The notes: a model not told the origin generated them from the sequence alone. DNA of 64,000 nt from Candidatus Hydrogenedentota bacterium (GCA_045863295.1 BTWA01000009.1:32001-96000); one strand, 5' to 3'; counted from the stretch's first letter, positions 37,920 to 48,688 are shown. A program made the numbers and translations.

Positions 37920-38519
37920 ATGGGTAAGCAACGCATTGGAAACATCGACCGCAAGACCGCGGAAACACAGATCAAGCTTCGCCTCGCGCTGGATGGCCAA
38001 GGCACGTCCAAGTTGAAGACCGGCATTGGTTTTTTCGATCACATGTTGACGCACATTGCCAAGCACGGGCATTTGGACCTTTCGGTGGATGCCAAGGGCG
38101 ACCTTGAAGTTGATGCCCACCACACGGTGGAAGACGTGGGCATTTGCTTTGGCAAGGCGTTGCTGGAAGCGCTGGGCGACTGCAAGGGCATAGTGCGGTA
38201 TGGGCATGCACTCGTTCCCATGGACGAAGTGCTTGCCGAGGCGGCGATCGATTTCAGCGGCCGTCCTTACCTTGGCTTTCACGCGGACATGCCGGTGGGC
38301 CGGGTAGGCGAATTCGATACGGAATTGACCCAGGAATTTTTTCGCGCGGTGGCTTCGAATGCGCGCTGCACGTTGCATTTGACGTTGCGGCACGGGGGAA
38401 ACGCGCACCACTGCATCGAGGGGCTTTTCAAGGCGTTTGCGCGGGCGCTGGACCAGGCGGTTTCGATTGATCCGCGGGTGACCGGCGTTCCGTCGACCAA
38501 GGGCATGTTGGAAGTGTAG
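37920..38519 (+). CDS. hisB: Imidazoleglycerol-phosphate dehydratase
   Basis: RKTAETQI, TGIGFFDHML, DAHHTVEDVG, PMDE, NAHHCIE and PSTKG; GGAG SD before ATG 37920. Confidence 0.97.
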   Translation: MGKQRIGNIDRKTAETQIKLRLALDGQGTSKLKTGIGFFDHMLTHIAKHGHLDLSVDAKGDLEVDAHHTVEDVGICFGKALLEALGDCKGIVRYGHALVPMDEVLAEAAIDFSGRPYLGFHADMPVGRVGEFDTELTQEFFRAVASNARCTLHLTLRHGGNAHHCIEGLFKAFARALDQAVSIDPRVTGVPSTKGMLEV

Positions 38520-38561
38520 CCCGGGGCATTGCGCGCACAACGAATTGGGAACCACGCCGTT

Positions 38562-39392
38562 ATGATTAAACATTTGCTCGTTCCGACGGACGGAAGCGAC
38601 CGGGCGACGACCGCCATTCGATATGCCACGGCGGTGGCCAAACAGTACGGGGCCAAGATCCACGGGCTGCATGTGGTGGACGTCCGTCTTTTGGAGGGGC
38701 CGATCCTTCGGGATGTATCCGCCTCGCTGGGCACCGCTCCCTACGCGAACTACCAGGGCAATATCAGTATGATTCTCGAAGAGCGCGGCAAGGCGGCGCT
38801 CGAAGTCGTACGGAAGGCATGCGAAGAGCAGGGCGTGCCCGTGGAACTGCATCTGGAGACCGGTCTGGTCGTTCGCACCATTGTGGAAAGCGCGACCTTG
38901 ACCGATCTCGTCATTTTGGCCCGTAGCGGGGAACATTCGGAATGGCTCGAAGGCGTGCTCGGATCGACGACCAGTTCCGTAGTCCGCCGGTCCGAACGGC
39001 CAGTGTTGATCACGGGCATTGAGACGCCGGGGCGAAATGCCTTTTTGCTGGCCTACGACGGGTCCAGCCATGCCCGGCGCGCGCTGCAAATCGCGGCCGA
39101 CGTGAGCCGGGACTGGTCTGTGCCGTTACATCTGCTGCTCGTGGGCGAAGACCATGCGACGGTGTGGTTGGATGAGGCCAAGAGCTATTTGGACCCCCAT
39201 GGCGTATCGTTCGAGTACACAGTCAGAAACGGGGATCCGAGCGAGACGATTGTGGAGCATGCCCGGGAAATTGGGGCTGATTTATTGATTATGGGCGCGT
39301 TTGGACACAGCAAGGTGCGGGAGTGGGTGGTAGGCAGCACCACCGCTTATGTGATGAACAAGGTGCATTGTCCGGTCCTGCTGACACGCTGA
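38562..39392 (+). CDS. Tandem universal stress protein
   Basis: LLVPTDGS, VLGSTT, LAYDGS and LLIMGAFGHS..VGSTT motifs. Confidence 0.92.
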   Translation: MIKHLLVPTDGSDRATTAIRYATAVAKQYGAKIHGLHVVDVRLLEGPILRDVSASLGTAPYANYQGNISMILEERGKAALEVVRKACEEQGVPVELHLETGLVVRTIVESATLTDLVILARSGEHSEWLEGVLGSTTSSVVRRSERPVLITGIETPGRNAFLLAYDGSSHARRALQIAADVSRDWSVPLHLLLVGEDHATVWLDEAKSYLDPHGVSFEYTVRNGDPSETIVEHAREIGADLLIMGAFGHSKVREWVVGSTTAYVMNKVHCPVLLTR

Positions 39393-39565
39393 GACTGGAA
39401 ATTTGGGGAGGTCCGCGGGTTTATTTTTTTCTGTGCCCCATTCCCGTAGAATACTGCGGAAACTGGAGGCTGGGGTGTGTGCCGGATACGAGGGGCCCAA
39501 TCAAGGCCAGCCGCCTCTCCCCGCCGACCTGCATTTCAATCCGCTGATGAAAGGCCTGGATTTTC

Positions 39566-40441
39566 ATGATTCGATCCAAAGTGGTGGAAAAAGTTGTTGA
39601 GCGTACCGGCGATCTTCCGGCTATGCCGGAGTTGGTGGCCGAAGTATTGCGACTGACGGACGATCCGCTCACGGATATGAGTGAGGTGAGCGAGGTGCTG
39701 GAACGCGATCCGGCATTGACAGCCAAGATTCTGCGTATCAGCAACTCGCCGTACTACGGCATGAAGCAGTATGTGGGAACACTCAAACTTGCTTTGGTGA
39801 TTCTGGGCGTTCGCGAAGTTCGCAACATTGTGCTGGGCGTATCGGTATTTGATGCTTTGAAAGACGATCGCGTCGGCGGATTCGGGGTGAAAGAGTACCT
39901 GAACCACTCGTTTCTCGTGGGTGGACTCTCCAAGGCGCTTGCAATTCGTTTGCGATCAGGCGTGCAGGGCGAAGCGTTTGTTGCGGGTCTGCTACATGAC
40001 ATGGGCAAGCTGATCATGATCAAGCAATTGCGGGACGACTACGTGAAAATTTTGAAGGCGACCGGAGGATCCGGGGCGATTCTGTGCGTTTCGGAGATCG
40101 CCAAATTCGGATTTTCCCATAGCCATGCGGCGGCCGCGCTGGCCATACGCTGGAATTTTCCCGAGACGCTCGCGGACTCGCTGCTCTATCATCACCCAGC
40201 GGAAGGCATGAGCCTTTCGCAGGCCAAAGATCCCCAATTGGCCGCAGTTGTCCGGATCGCAAACTTGTGCGCTCATGACGAGTTTTCCGGTGAAGATGGC
40301 GCGCCGTTTCTTGCGGGTGAAGATACCGAGGCGTGGGAGATACTTGACGCGACCCCAGATCCGCTGCCTCCCGCCACGCGATACACCGCGCTCGCGGGAT
40401 TGCGGCAGGAATTAAAAGACTCTTCACCTCCAAGTTTCTAG
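39566..40441 (+). CDS. HDOD domain protein
   Basis: LPAMPE, DPALTAKILRISNSPYYG, AGLLHDMGKL and RWNFP motifs. Confidence 0.92.
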   Translation: MIRSKVVEKVVERTGDLPAMPELVAEVLRLTDDPLTDMSEVSEVLERDPALTAKILRISNSPYYGMKQYVGTLKLALVILGVREVRNIVLGVSVFDALKDDRVGGFGVKEYLNHSFLVGGLSKALAIRLRSGVQGEAFVAGLLHDMGKLIMIKQLRDDYVKILKATGGSGAILCVSEIAKFGFSHSHAAAALAIRWNFPETLADSLLYHHPAEGMSLSQAKDPQLAAVVRIANLCAHDEFSGEDGAPFLAGEDTEAWEILDATPDPLPPATRYTALAGLRQELKDSSPPSF

Positions 40442-40482
40442 TTCGCCAAATTAGCCATGATTGGCCTGTTCAGGGTGGCAGT

Positions 40483-40716
40483 ATGACATTCAAGAAGATT
40501 AATAAGGTTGAACTGAAACGCCGAGAGGACTTGCAGGACATCGACACTGAGTTGGATGCCGCGCTGCAGCACTTGGATTCCGCTGTGGAGAACATTGGAC
40601 GGTTGCTTGAGACCATCGAGAAGGTTGGTACTCAGGGAGTTTTTGCCGAATTGCCGGATGAGGGAGAGGTGGTTCCGGAGGCGTCGAGCACGACTCCAGA
40701 GGGGACGCCTTCCTGA
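40483..40716 (+). CDS. Small acidic coiled-coil hypothetical protein
   Basis: 77-aa ORF, same strand as its neighbours, with a heptad-like helix. Confidence 0.55.
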   Translation: MTFKKINKVELKRREDLQDIDTELDAALQHLDSAVENIGRLLETIEKVGTQGVFAELPDEGEVVPEASSTTPEGTPS

Positions 40717-40855
40717 TTTTGTTTTTGAGTATTCTTCATCTGATTTCCCGGTGATACCACTATTCACACCCGGGTCCGTTTCTTCCTTTTTGTTTCAATT
40801 GTGTTGTGTTTTTAGTATATAACACATTGAAATTAGGCAGTTTATGAAATTAGTT

Positions 40856-40884
40856 TTGTTGATTGGGAGTGGTCGTGCTATAGT
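40856..40884 (+). promoter_or_regulatory. Sigma70-type promoter (extended -10)
   Basis: TTGTTG, 17 bp, TATAGT with TG at -15/-14, in an AT-rich spacer. Confidence 0.5.
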
Positions 40885-40916
40885 GAGATTGGGGTAGGGT
40901 GCGAAAGGAGGCGGGT

Positions 40917-43664
40917 ATGACGCTTCATTCTGCCGATATCTATCCCGAGCTTGATCTAATCAGTCATCCTGCCCGCCGGGAGCCTGCCTATGCCCGGGCG
41001 GAGAACAAGCGCGGCACGTTGGGCAACGGCTTCCTGGAAGTCCGCCTGTCGCTGGAGGGAAAACGGACCGAGTCCGCCACCATCGAAAACAAGTTGATAG
41101 GGGAGTCGTATCAACTTGCATTCAGTCCTGTCGAAGCGATTTGCGAAAGCGGCACCATATCGGCCGAGAGTTTCCGTGTGACCCAGGTTGAGTCGCGAGG
41201 ATCGAGCGATATGGCATCGCTCACGATTCACGGCGACTGCGGCTGGTTCAAGAGCTCCGTGTCGTACGTTGTTGCGCGGGGCGAGCACGTGATGCGCAAG
41301 ACGGTAGTGCTGCATGGTTTCACGCGCGAGGCGCGTGTTAACGAAGTATCGCTGTTCAAACACGAGGTGGATGCATCCTATGACCTGCGGGTGCACGACG
41401 CTGGGATGTTTTCGCCGGTTGTGTTTTTGCGCGGTGCAGACGGCGGCTTGTTTTTTTGTGCGGAGTTCCTTGGTTATTTTTCGGAGGTCAAGAATCGATC
41501 GCTCCGATTCTATTATTACCCGGCGCATGACGTAGTACCCGGGCACAGTTTCCGGTTGATGACCGCGTGCATCGGTGTTTATGGGCTCGTTGGCCGGCCT
41601 TACAGCAATCCTTATCACGAAACCGGGGCGGAGTTGGATGAAGGCGAGGCGTCCTGGTTTCGCGAGTACTTGATGCAGGGCGCTCCGCCGCAGGGTGCGC
41701 CGGTGGTAGAAGTCGCGGGATTTCCGTTTGGATTGGAAGGTCCGAGCGACCTTGAGACGCTGGATCAATGCGGCTGGTTTTCCGCGGAACGGGTTTATCT
41801 TCCGAATTTGCTACGCTCGCCGGCTTCGTATCCGCATCGTGCTTCAGTTTCGCACCGGCTGGGCGACGAGGGGATATCCGCCACGCTGGCGCTGGGTCAC
41901 GACATCCCGCAGAGCCTTCACTGGCTGGCGTTGTCACCGCATGGTTTGCCTGCGACGCCGGATGTTGGCGCCTGTTTTGGATTTGACGAGTTCCGCGACT
42001 ATTTGATTGATCGTTACCAGATGCTGCTCGAGCTGTACCGATTTCGGGACATCGAGGTAAGCGGCACTCCGATAGTGCCGTGCAGCAATCCGGGCCACGA
42101 CCATGGGTCGGGTCTGGAATCGTTGCAGAAGGCTTTTTGGGGGTTAATCGAAGTTGTCGCGGCCTTGCGAGAGAGCGTGGGGCATGTGGGTTGTTCCGGT
42201 CCGTATGCCGCCTATGGCGCGGGACTGGCTCGGATCTGCGACTGGATGACCGGTTTGGCCGATGCTCACCCTTTGCCCTTGCCCGACATTCATGTGGGCC
42301 GATTGTTTGCGGATATGAACCGGCTGTATTTTCGCCGGTCACATGCGTTCTTGCTTCCGCTGTGCAAGATGGGCAATACGATAGGCTTCTCGCCTGCCTC
42401 CAGTCCGTCCGCTCCTTACCCTGGCGCGGATCATTTTCCGTGGTACTGCTATCACGACAGTGCGGGCTGGCGCTATGCGGTATTGTCGGCCGTTGCGACG
42501 GGCCACAGGCATCGGATCTTCGCGGTGCCGGCGGATCTGGGCGAGGAGGATCGCGCGTTTGCCCGGCATTGGTTTGGGTGGCAGGCGCGCAACCTTTGTT
42601 CGCACCGTCATGTGCTTGAAATTCTGGATTGTCCCGGGCTTGGTAACGTGGACGGATATGCCTATGCGGATGCCCGCGGCGCAACCGTGTTTTTATTCAA
42701 CTGCTCGTATGACGAGCAGGATGTTCAGCTTCGTCCGCATCTTCACCGTGACGCGGACTACGTGTTTCGCGAAGTATATCCATGTGATCGGCTGTACCTG
42801 GGGCCTTCCAACGGATTGTTTCGCCGGGATAGCGTGTTGGGATTACGCTTGAAGCCGCGCGAGGCGCGCGTTGTTGAGATGGTTCGCCGATCGCCGGCAT
42901 CGGCGAAGCGCAAGCGTCCCGAGGTATTTGGATGTTCCTATCGGGAGGACGACGAGCACGTGGTCCTCCTGGGCGAGGCGGGATCGCGTTGCGATGTGGG
43001 TGTGCGGATGGGCGATCGGTATCAGGTACACGACATCCGTTTTCCTGGTACCGCGTTTCCACGTCATTTGCGCGATTGGACCTATACGGTGCGCGCGTAC
43101 CGCGATGGGGCCGAACAATTGCCCGCGGGACAGTTTCCCGGCAAGGTCTGCACGCCGGAGATGTTGGAGCGGCGCAACGTATGGCTGTATACGAAGTTGA
43201 ACGTGCCGCGCGAATATGCCAGCCGGATACATTGTTCTCCCTTTGAGTTGCAACGTCCGTGCTGGGCCTATCCGGATTGCCTGTTTTTTGTGGTACGGTT
43301 TGAAGGGCCGGCCATGTTTGATCCGATCCGGACGGGCACGGACGAAGTCGGCGTGCCGGAAGGGTACAAGACGCAAGTGCCCATCAAGTGCGGGATCGAT
43401 TTGGCGCCGCTCAATCTGGGCTTGCGTGCGTGGATCAACGGAGAGGAATGCACGGTACATTCCGCACTGGCGGCGTGGCGGGGTTTTTCCCCCAATGCCA
43501 ATCCCGTTACGGCGTACTTTTTCGAGGCCGGGAGCAAGTTGCGGTTTGGCCATCAGAACCATGTGGTATTGTTTGCGAACCGATTTGACGCGGGCGCGTT
43601 CAAAGGGATTATGATCGAGCATCTCCCCGAACTCCCGGCGGAACGCATTTTGGAAGTGAAGTGA
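40917..43664 (+). CDS. Large hypothetical protein, possibly glycoside-hydrolase-like (beta-sandwich/TIM-barrel)
   Basis: AAGGAGG SD; LGNGFLEV N-terminus, C....HDH motif and VDGYA..VFLFN segment reminiscent of GH36-like proteins; GTGA overlap with GT4. Confidence 0.55.
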   Translation: MTLHSADIYPELDLISHPARREPAYARAENKRGTLGNGFLEVRLSLEGKRTESATIENKLIGESYQLAFSPVEAICESGTISAESFRVTQVESRGSSDMASLTIHGDCGWFKSSVSYVVARGEHVMRKTVVLHGFTREARVNEVSLFKHEVDASYDLRVHDAGMFSPVVFLRGADGGLFFCAEFLGYFSEVKNRSLRFYYYPAHDVVPGHSFRLMTACIGVYGLVGRPYSNPYHETGAELDEGEASWFREYLMQGAPPQGAPVVEVAGFPFGLEGPSDLETLDQCGWFSAERVYLPNLLRSPASYPHRASVSHRLGDEGISATLALGHDIPQSLHWLALSPHGLPATPDVGACFGFDEFRDYLIDRYQMLLELYRFRDIEVSGTPIVPCSNPGHDHGSGLESLQKAFWGLIEVVAALRESVGHVGCSGPYAAYGAGLARICDWMTGLADAHPLPLPDIHVGRLFADMNRLYFRRSHAFLLPLCKMGNTIGFSPASSPSAPYPGADHFPWYCYHDSAGWRYAVLSAVATGHRHRIFAVPADLGEEDRAFARHWFGWQARNLCSHRHVLEILDCPGLGNVDGYAYADARGATVFLFNCSYDEQDVQLRPHLHRDADYVFREVYPCDRLYLGPSNGLFRRDSVLGLRLKPREARVVEMVRRSPASAKRKRPEVFGCSYREDDEHVVLLGEAGSRCDVGVRMGDRYQVHDIRFPGTAFPRHLRDWTYTVRAYRDGAEQLPAGQFPGKVCTPEMLERRNVWLYTKLNVPREYASRIHCSPFELQRPCWAYPDCLFFVVRFEGPAMFDPIRTGTDEVGVPEGYKTQVPIKCGIDLAPLNLGLRAWINGEECTVHSALAAWRGFSPNANPVTAYFFEAGSKLRFGHQNHVVLFANRFDAGAFKGIMIEHLPELPAERILEVK

Positions 43665-44818
43665 GCACTCGTCCCCTGAAGATTTTATTGACTGACCCCC
43701 ATCTCAAAGGCGGGGGACAGGTACGCTATGTAGAGAAGCTGGCGAGTGAACTGACCCAGTTGGGGCATTCGGTTGCGATTGGCTGCAAGCGCGAGAGTGT
43801 GCTGGTGGAGTCCGCTCGTCTGGCGAAGTGCGGGTTGGTCAACCGGTTTCACTATCGTGGAGGACTGCGGCCTACGTGCTGGTTTGATGACGTGCGAACC
43901 GTGAAGGGGTACATCCAGGCTGAGGCGCCGGACATCCTCCATGCCAATGGATCGCAAGACCACTGGGTGAGCGCCATCGCCAATCGCTTGATGGGTTTCC
44001 CTGTGTGCATGGTACGGTCGCGGCACAACACCTACCCGGTCAGCGAAAATATTTTGAACCGGACGCTCAACCTGCGATGGACCGATTATCAAATCGCGGT
44101 GTGCGAAGAAGTGCGCGAGATGCGCATCTCGCGGCCCGTTTTCGACGCTGATCGGATGGCGTCCATCCACAATGGCGTGGATCCCGACGAATACAAGCCT
44201 GACGCGGAGGTGCGCAAGCGCGTGCGCGAGGAGTTTGGTTACACCAACGGGCAGGTTGTGCTGGGCATGGCGGCTCGTTTGACGGAAGCGAAAGGACACC
44301 GTTATCTGTTCGAAGCGGCAGTGGATTTGTCGAAGGCGTTTCCCAATGTTCGGTTGCTGTTACTGGGTCGTGGGGATCTGGAAAACGATCTCAAGGCAAT
44401 GGCACGGGAACTGGGCATCGACGGCATTACACACTTCGCGGGATTTCGCACCGACGTGGGTGATTGCATTCAGGCGTTTGATATAGGCGTCCAACCGTCC
44501 ATTGCGTGCGAGGCGTCGTCCTTCAGCGTGATGGAACAGATGGCCACGGAAAAACCGATCGTGGCATCTGACCATGGCGGCACGAAAGAGATCGTACGCG
44601 ACGGTATCGATGGACATATTGTTCGTCAGGGCGAGACTTTGCCGTTGATGGAGGCGCTGCGCTCACTTATTGCCGACGAAGAGAAGCGGCGGACCATGGG
44701 CCGTTCAGCGCGGACGCGCGTGGCTGACGAATTTTCCCTGGCCAAACTAGCGGAAAGGACAGTAGCGGCATACCGGCATGCGCTGGAGTTGCACCAGGCA
44801 CGGGGGACCAGACGTTGA
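43661..44818 (+). CDS. GT4 glycosyltransferase
   Basis: GGGQVRY, IHNGVD, ARLTEAKGH, EASSFSVMEQMA (EX7E) and SDHGG motifs. Confidence 0.92.
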   Translation: MSTRPLKILLTDPHLKGGGQVRYVEKLASELTQLGHSVAIGCKRESVLVESARLAKCGLVNRFHYRGGLRPTCWFDDVRTVKGYIQAEAPDILHANGSQDHWVSAIANRLMGFPVCMVRSRHNTYPVSENILNRTLNLRWTDYQIAVCEEVREMRISRPVFDADRMASIHNGVDPDEYKPDAEVRKRVREEFGYTNGQVVLGMAARLTEAKGHRYLFEAAVDLSKAFPNVRLLLLGRGDLENDLKAMARELGIDGITHFAGFRTDVGDCIQAFDIGVQPSIACEASSFSVMEQMATEKPIVASDHGGTKEIVRDGIDGHIVRQGETLPLMEALRSLIADEEKRRTMGRSARTRVADEFSLAKLAERTVAAYRHALELHQARGTRR

Positions 44819-44943
44819 CACGGCGTGGAGCAGCCCGTGTGGACTATTTACCTTGTGGTCAAAACACAAGGACTGCGTGTGGGTTTCTTCCGAAAATCCA
44901 TTTCAAACTTTTCGGGGTATTCCCCGATGTGTCCGTTTAGATC

Positions 44944-46020
44944 ATGCGGATTCTCCATATAGACGAACAGACGGGTTGGCGCGGGGGCGAGCAGCAGGCG
45001 AGTTACTTAATTGCAGGGTTGGTGCGGCGCGGCCACGAATGCATTATTGCGGGCCGGCCCGGGTCCGAGTTCCTGAAGCGTGATCACGGCGCGCCGGATG
45101 CGCCCAGGCTGTCGTTGCCCATGCGTGGAGAGGCCGATGTAATCAGTGCATGGCGATTGGCCGCTTCGGCGCGCAAATACGGGATTGACATTCTCCATGC
45201 CCATTCCAGCCATGCGCATGCGCTGGCGATTCTTGCACGGGCGTTGGGTGCGCATGCAAAGGTTGTGGTTACGCGCCGGGTTGATTTTGTACCGAAGAAC
45301 CACTTGTTCAACCGCTGGAAGTATCGATCGCCGGATTTCACGGTCGCCATATCCGGACTTGTGCAACGGATACTGACGCGGATCGGTGTGCCTGAATCCC
45401 GGTTACGAGTTGTGTATAGCAGCATCGATCCCGCTCGGTTTGACGTGGAGCCTTTGCCTCGGGCGGCATTCGGAGTGCCTGACGACGTGCCATTGTTGGG
45501 TAACGTGGCGGCCTTGGTAGGGCACAAAGATCATGCGACGCTTTTGTCGGCCATGCCCGCGGTGTTAAAAGCCATTCCCCAATTGCACCTGATTATTGCG
45601 GGCGAAGGGCCACTGCGCCCGCACTTGGAATCGCAAATCGCCACGCTGGGACTGGGCCATGCCGTTCACCTGCTTGGCTATCGCAACGACGTTCCGCAGT
45701 TGTTGCGGACGATGGATGCCTTTGTCATGTCCAGCAAGGAAGAGGGGCTCGGTACCTCGATTCTGGATGCCATGTGCTGTGGAATTCCCGTGATTGCGAC
45801 GGCGGGCGGGGCCATTCCTGAAATCGTCAAACCGGGCGACACGGGGTACCTTGCCGAGGCACGAAACCCGGATTCACTGGCGAGGGAAATCATAATTGCA
45901 TTTGGCAATCCATTGGAGATGAAACGCCGGGCTGAATGCGCTCGGAGCATGGTGAGTGAATCCTTTTCCGTAGACTCGATGGTCGAAGACTATCTCCGAA
46001 TCTATATGCAACTGATGTAG
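44944..46020 (+). CDS. GT4 glycosyltransferase
   Basis: WRGGEQQ, TRRVDF, HKDH and EGLGTSILDAM motifs. Confidence 0.92.
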   Translation: MRILHIDEQTGWRGGEQQASYLIAGLVRRGHECIIAGRPGSEFLKRDHGAPDAPRLSLPMRGEADVISAWRLAASARKYGIDILHAHSSHAHALAILARALGAHAKVVVTRRVDFVPKNHLFNRWKYRSPDFTVAISGLVQRILTRIGVPESRLRVVYSSIDPARFDVEPLPRAAFGVPDDVPLLGNVAALVGHKDHATLLSAMPAVLKAIPQLHLIIAGEGPLRPHLESQIATLGLGHAVHLLGYRNDVPQLLRTMDAFVMSSKEEGLGTSILDAMCCGIPVIATAGGAIPEIVKPGDTGYLAEARNPDSLAREIIIAFGNPLEMKRRAECARSMVSESFSVDSMVEDYLRIYMQLM

Positions 46021-46144
46021 ACCTACTGGATGCTTCTGCCCGCATACATGCGAAAATGGAATTACCACCCTTGATGCATGTACGATCAGGGTTACTCTAC
46101 GGCATTGAAATCACGTCAACCGGGTTTTAACCGCGCACACATCC

Positions 46145-48043
46145 ATGAGCATCGTACGCCTCGAAAATGTCCACAAATCCTACAACGCCAAACCTGTGTT
46201 GCGTGGAGTCTCCTTGCAGGTGGAGTCGGGGGATAAAATTGGTTTGATAGGCCGCAACGGCACGGGCAAAAGCACCATTTTCCGTTTGATATTGGGCGAC
46301 GCGGAGCCTGAGCAGGGCGTCATTGAGCGGATGCGCCGTGCTCGGGTGGCGTGTTTGGAGCAGCTGCCTGCGTTTAAGCCTGAGGCGACCATTTTTGACG
46401 TTGTGATGGAAGGGTTTCGCGAATTGCTCGATCTTGAGCACGAACTCAATGCCATGGGGGACCGGTTGGGCGATGGCGACGAGACGGCGCTCGCGCGGTA
46501 CAGCGAAAAGCTGGATGCCTTTCAGGCCAAAGGTGGGTATGAATTCCGGACAAATGCGAAGCGGGTGCTGCATGGGCTTGGGTTCACCGTGGACGATTTT
46601 AACCTTCACGCCAAGGCGCTGAGCGGCGGACAGCGCAGCCGCCTGATGCTTGCGCTGGTATTGTTGAAGGACGCGGATTTGCTGTTGCTTGACGAGCCGG
46701 AGAACCATCTTGATCTGGAAGCGCAAGAGTGGCTGGAGGACTTTCTTCAGGAATGGCCCCGCGCGCTCATGATCATTTCCCACGACCGGCGCACGTTGAA
46801 TGCGGTTTCGAACCGCATCATTGAAGTCGAACGGGGCGAGGTGAGGTGGTTTACGGGCAACTACGATGCCTACGTGGCGAACAAGGCGTTGATTCTGGAG
46901 CAGCAGCAGAAAGACTATGACCGGCAACAGAAGCACATTGACAAAGAGACGAAGTTAATCGACAAATTCCGTTACAAGGCATCCAAGGCTGCGTTTGCGC
47001 AAAGCCGGCTGAAGAAGTTGGAAAAGTTGGAATTGATCGATGCACCAGAGAGCGAGCAGCGCGCGGCGGTGTTCCGGTTGGGCGAAGTGGTGCGCAGCGG
47101 TGCGGTGGTGTTGGAGGCAAAGAATCTGTCGATGGCGTATGGAGCGCTCCAGCTTTACCGGGATGTGAAGTTTGCCATTGAGCGAGGCGAGCGCGTGGGC
47201 ATTGTCGGCCCGAACGGCGCGGGCAAGACCACGTTGTTGCGTCATTTGGCTGGCCGTCTGCCGGGCGGGTCCGGGGAAGTCCGTGTGGGTCACAAGGTGC
47301 AGGTGGGGTTCTACGATCAGCATCATGAGTCGATGAACCCCAACGGGGACGTGATGAGCGAGGTACACTCCGTGGATCCTGAACTGAAGCCCGAGGAAGT
47401 TAGGCGTTTCATGGGCCGGTTCCTTTTCACGGGTCAGGATGTGTTTAAGCCGATTGCCGTGTTGAGCGGTGGCGAATTGAGCCGGGTTGCATTGGCAAAG
47501 CTGATACTTGGCGGGTCCAATTGCATATTGCTCGATGAACCCACGAACCATTTGGATATTGCGTCGCGCGAGGCGTTGGAAGATGCGCTTTCCGAGTTTC
47601 CGGGCACGCTCGTCATGGTGTCTCACGATCGGGCACTGATAGATCGGTTGGTGGACAAGCTGATTATTCTTGAGCGCGGTACGGCTACCGTGCATTTGGG
47701 TAACTACACAAGCTACCGCTGGAAACTTTCCCAGACCCCCGATAGTGCACGGAAGACCGACAAGGACGAGGTGCTCAAGATTCGCCGGAACGATCCGGTG
47801 CAAAAGCAGAAGATCGACGAGAAAGAGCGGCGAAAGAAGCGGAAAGAACTGGAGAGTCTCGAGCGGGATATTGCTGCCATGGAAGAGACTCTCGAGGATT
47901 TTGACAAACGGTTTTTGAATATCGATCCCGCGGACTACGAGGGGGCGCGCAAGCTCAAAGATGACTATGACGGCCTCAAGCGCGATTTGAGCGAGTTGTA
48001 CGAAAGCTGGGAAGTGCTCGCCTCCGAGGTCGATCAGAAGTAG
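46145..48043 (+). CDS. ABC-F family ATPase
   Basis: Two ABC domains (GRNGTGKST and GPNGAGKTT, LSGG, LLDEPxNHLD), no TMs, C-terminal coiled coil. Confidence 0.95.
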   Translation: MSIVRLENVHKSYNAKPVLRGVSLQVESGDKIGLIGRNGTGKSTIFRLILGDAEPEQGVIERMRRARVACLEQLPAFKPEATIFDVVMEGFRELLDLEHELNAMGDRLGDGDETALARYSEKLDAFQAKGGYEFRTNAKRVLHGLGFTVDDFNLHAKALSGGQRSRLMLALVLLKDADLLLLDEPENHLDLEAQEWLEDFLQEWPRALMIISHDRRTLNAVSNRIIEVERGEVRWFTGNYDAYVANKALILEQQQKDYDRQQKHIDKETKLIDKFRYKASKAAFAQSRLKKLEKLELIDAPESEQRAAVFRLGEVVRSGAVVLEAKNLSMAYGALQLYRDVKFAIERGERVGIVGPNGAGKTTLLRHLAGRLPGGSGEVRVGHKVQVGFYDQHHESMNPNGDVMSEVHSVDPELKPEEVRRFMGRFLFTGQDVFKPIAVLSGGELSRVALAKLILGGSNCILLDEPTNHLDIASREALEDALSEFPGTLVMVSHDRALIDRLVDKLIILERGTATVHLGNYTSYRWKLSQTPDSARKTDKDEVLKIRRNDPVQKQKIDEKERRKKRKELESLERDIAAMEETLEDFDKRFLNIDPADYEGARKLKDDYDGLKRDLSELYESWEVLASEVDQK

Positions 48044-48046
48044 TCC

Positions 48047-48565
48047 TTATTCGCCGGGTTCGATTTTGGGTAGGGCCGTTTCTGATGGTTCACCGGATTC
48101 CGTATTGTCCTGCACCCGTTTCCAGACCGTGGTTTTGCCGAATGCAGGCAGACCGACGTAGCCACGGACATGGAGCGTGTCCGGGGCCGGCAATGACATT
48201 ACGCTGTCATACGTATTGCCGTGGTAGGCGTCGTAAATCGAGCCCTCATTCCATGATTCCTTGCCGTCAAACGAGAATCCATAGAAGAGCACGAGACCGA
48301 TGATCGGATCATCATGGCGTGTCTTGTCCGGGTTTGCTTTATCGGTTTTGGGCTTGCCTTCGTCCGGGTGGCCTTTGGGGTAGTTGGGTTCCTTCATCCA
48401 GACGATTTTTCCCTCATACCTTCCGTTATCGTTCTTGTACACCTGTACCCGCGCGCCGCCGTTTTCAGCTTCCCATAACCCGAGTACATCGTCATCGGAA
48501 ATGGCGAAACCTTGAGCACATGTGAGGCATAGCAAGAGTGCCGCAATGGTGTGTCTGTACATCAT
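48047..48565 (-). CDS. DUF2147 secreted protein
   Basis: Signal peptide; GKIVW, D..NPD, IYD...G.TY and VRGYVGLPAFGKT motifs. Confidence 0.88.
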   Translation of the reverse strand: MMYRHTIAALLLCLTCAQGFAISDDDVLGLWEAENGGARVQVYKNDNGRYEGKIVWMKEPNYPKGHPDEGKPKTDKANPDKTRHDDPIIGLVLFYGFSFDGKESWNEGSIYDAYHGNTYDSVMSLPAPDTLHVRGYVGLPAFGKTTVWKRVQDNTESGEPSETALPKIEPGE

Positions 48566-48636
48566 GTCGATCTTTTCCGGTTTTGTGTTTCGTTCCGATG
48601 CATTCAGAATTGTCGCGGGGATATGTCAATTGCGAC

Positions 48637-48671
48637 AAAAAAAGCCGCTCCGGCGTACAGGCCGAAGCGGC
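48637..48671 (-). terminator. Rho-independent terminator between the two DUF2147 genes
   Basis: Minus strand GCCGCTTCGGC-ctgtac-GCCGGAGCGGC followed by T7. Confidence 0.8.
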
Positions 48672-48688
48672 AGTAAGGCGACTTGATT

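Noticed and set aside
37722..39089. 455-aa minus-strand ORF
   Set aside because: Antisense to hisB and the USP gene.
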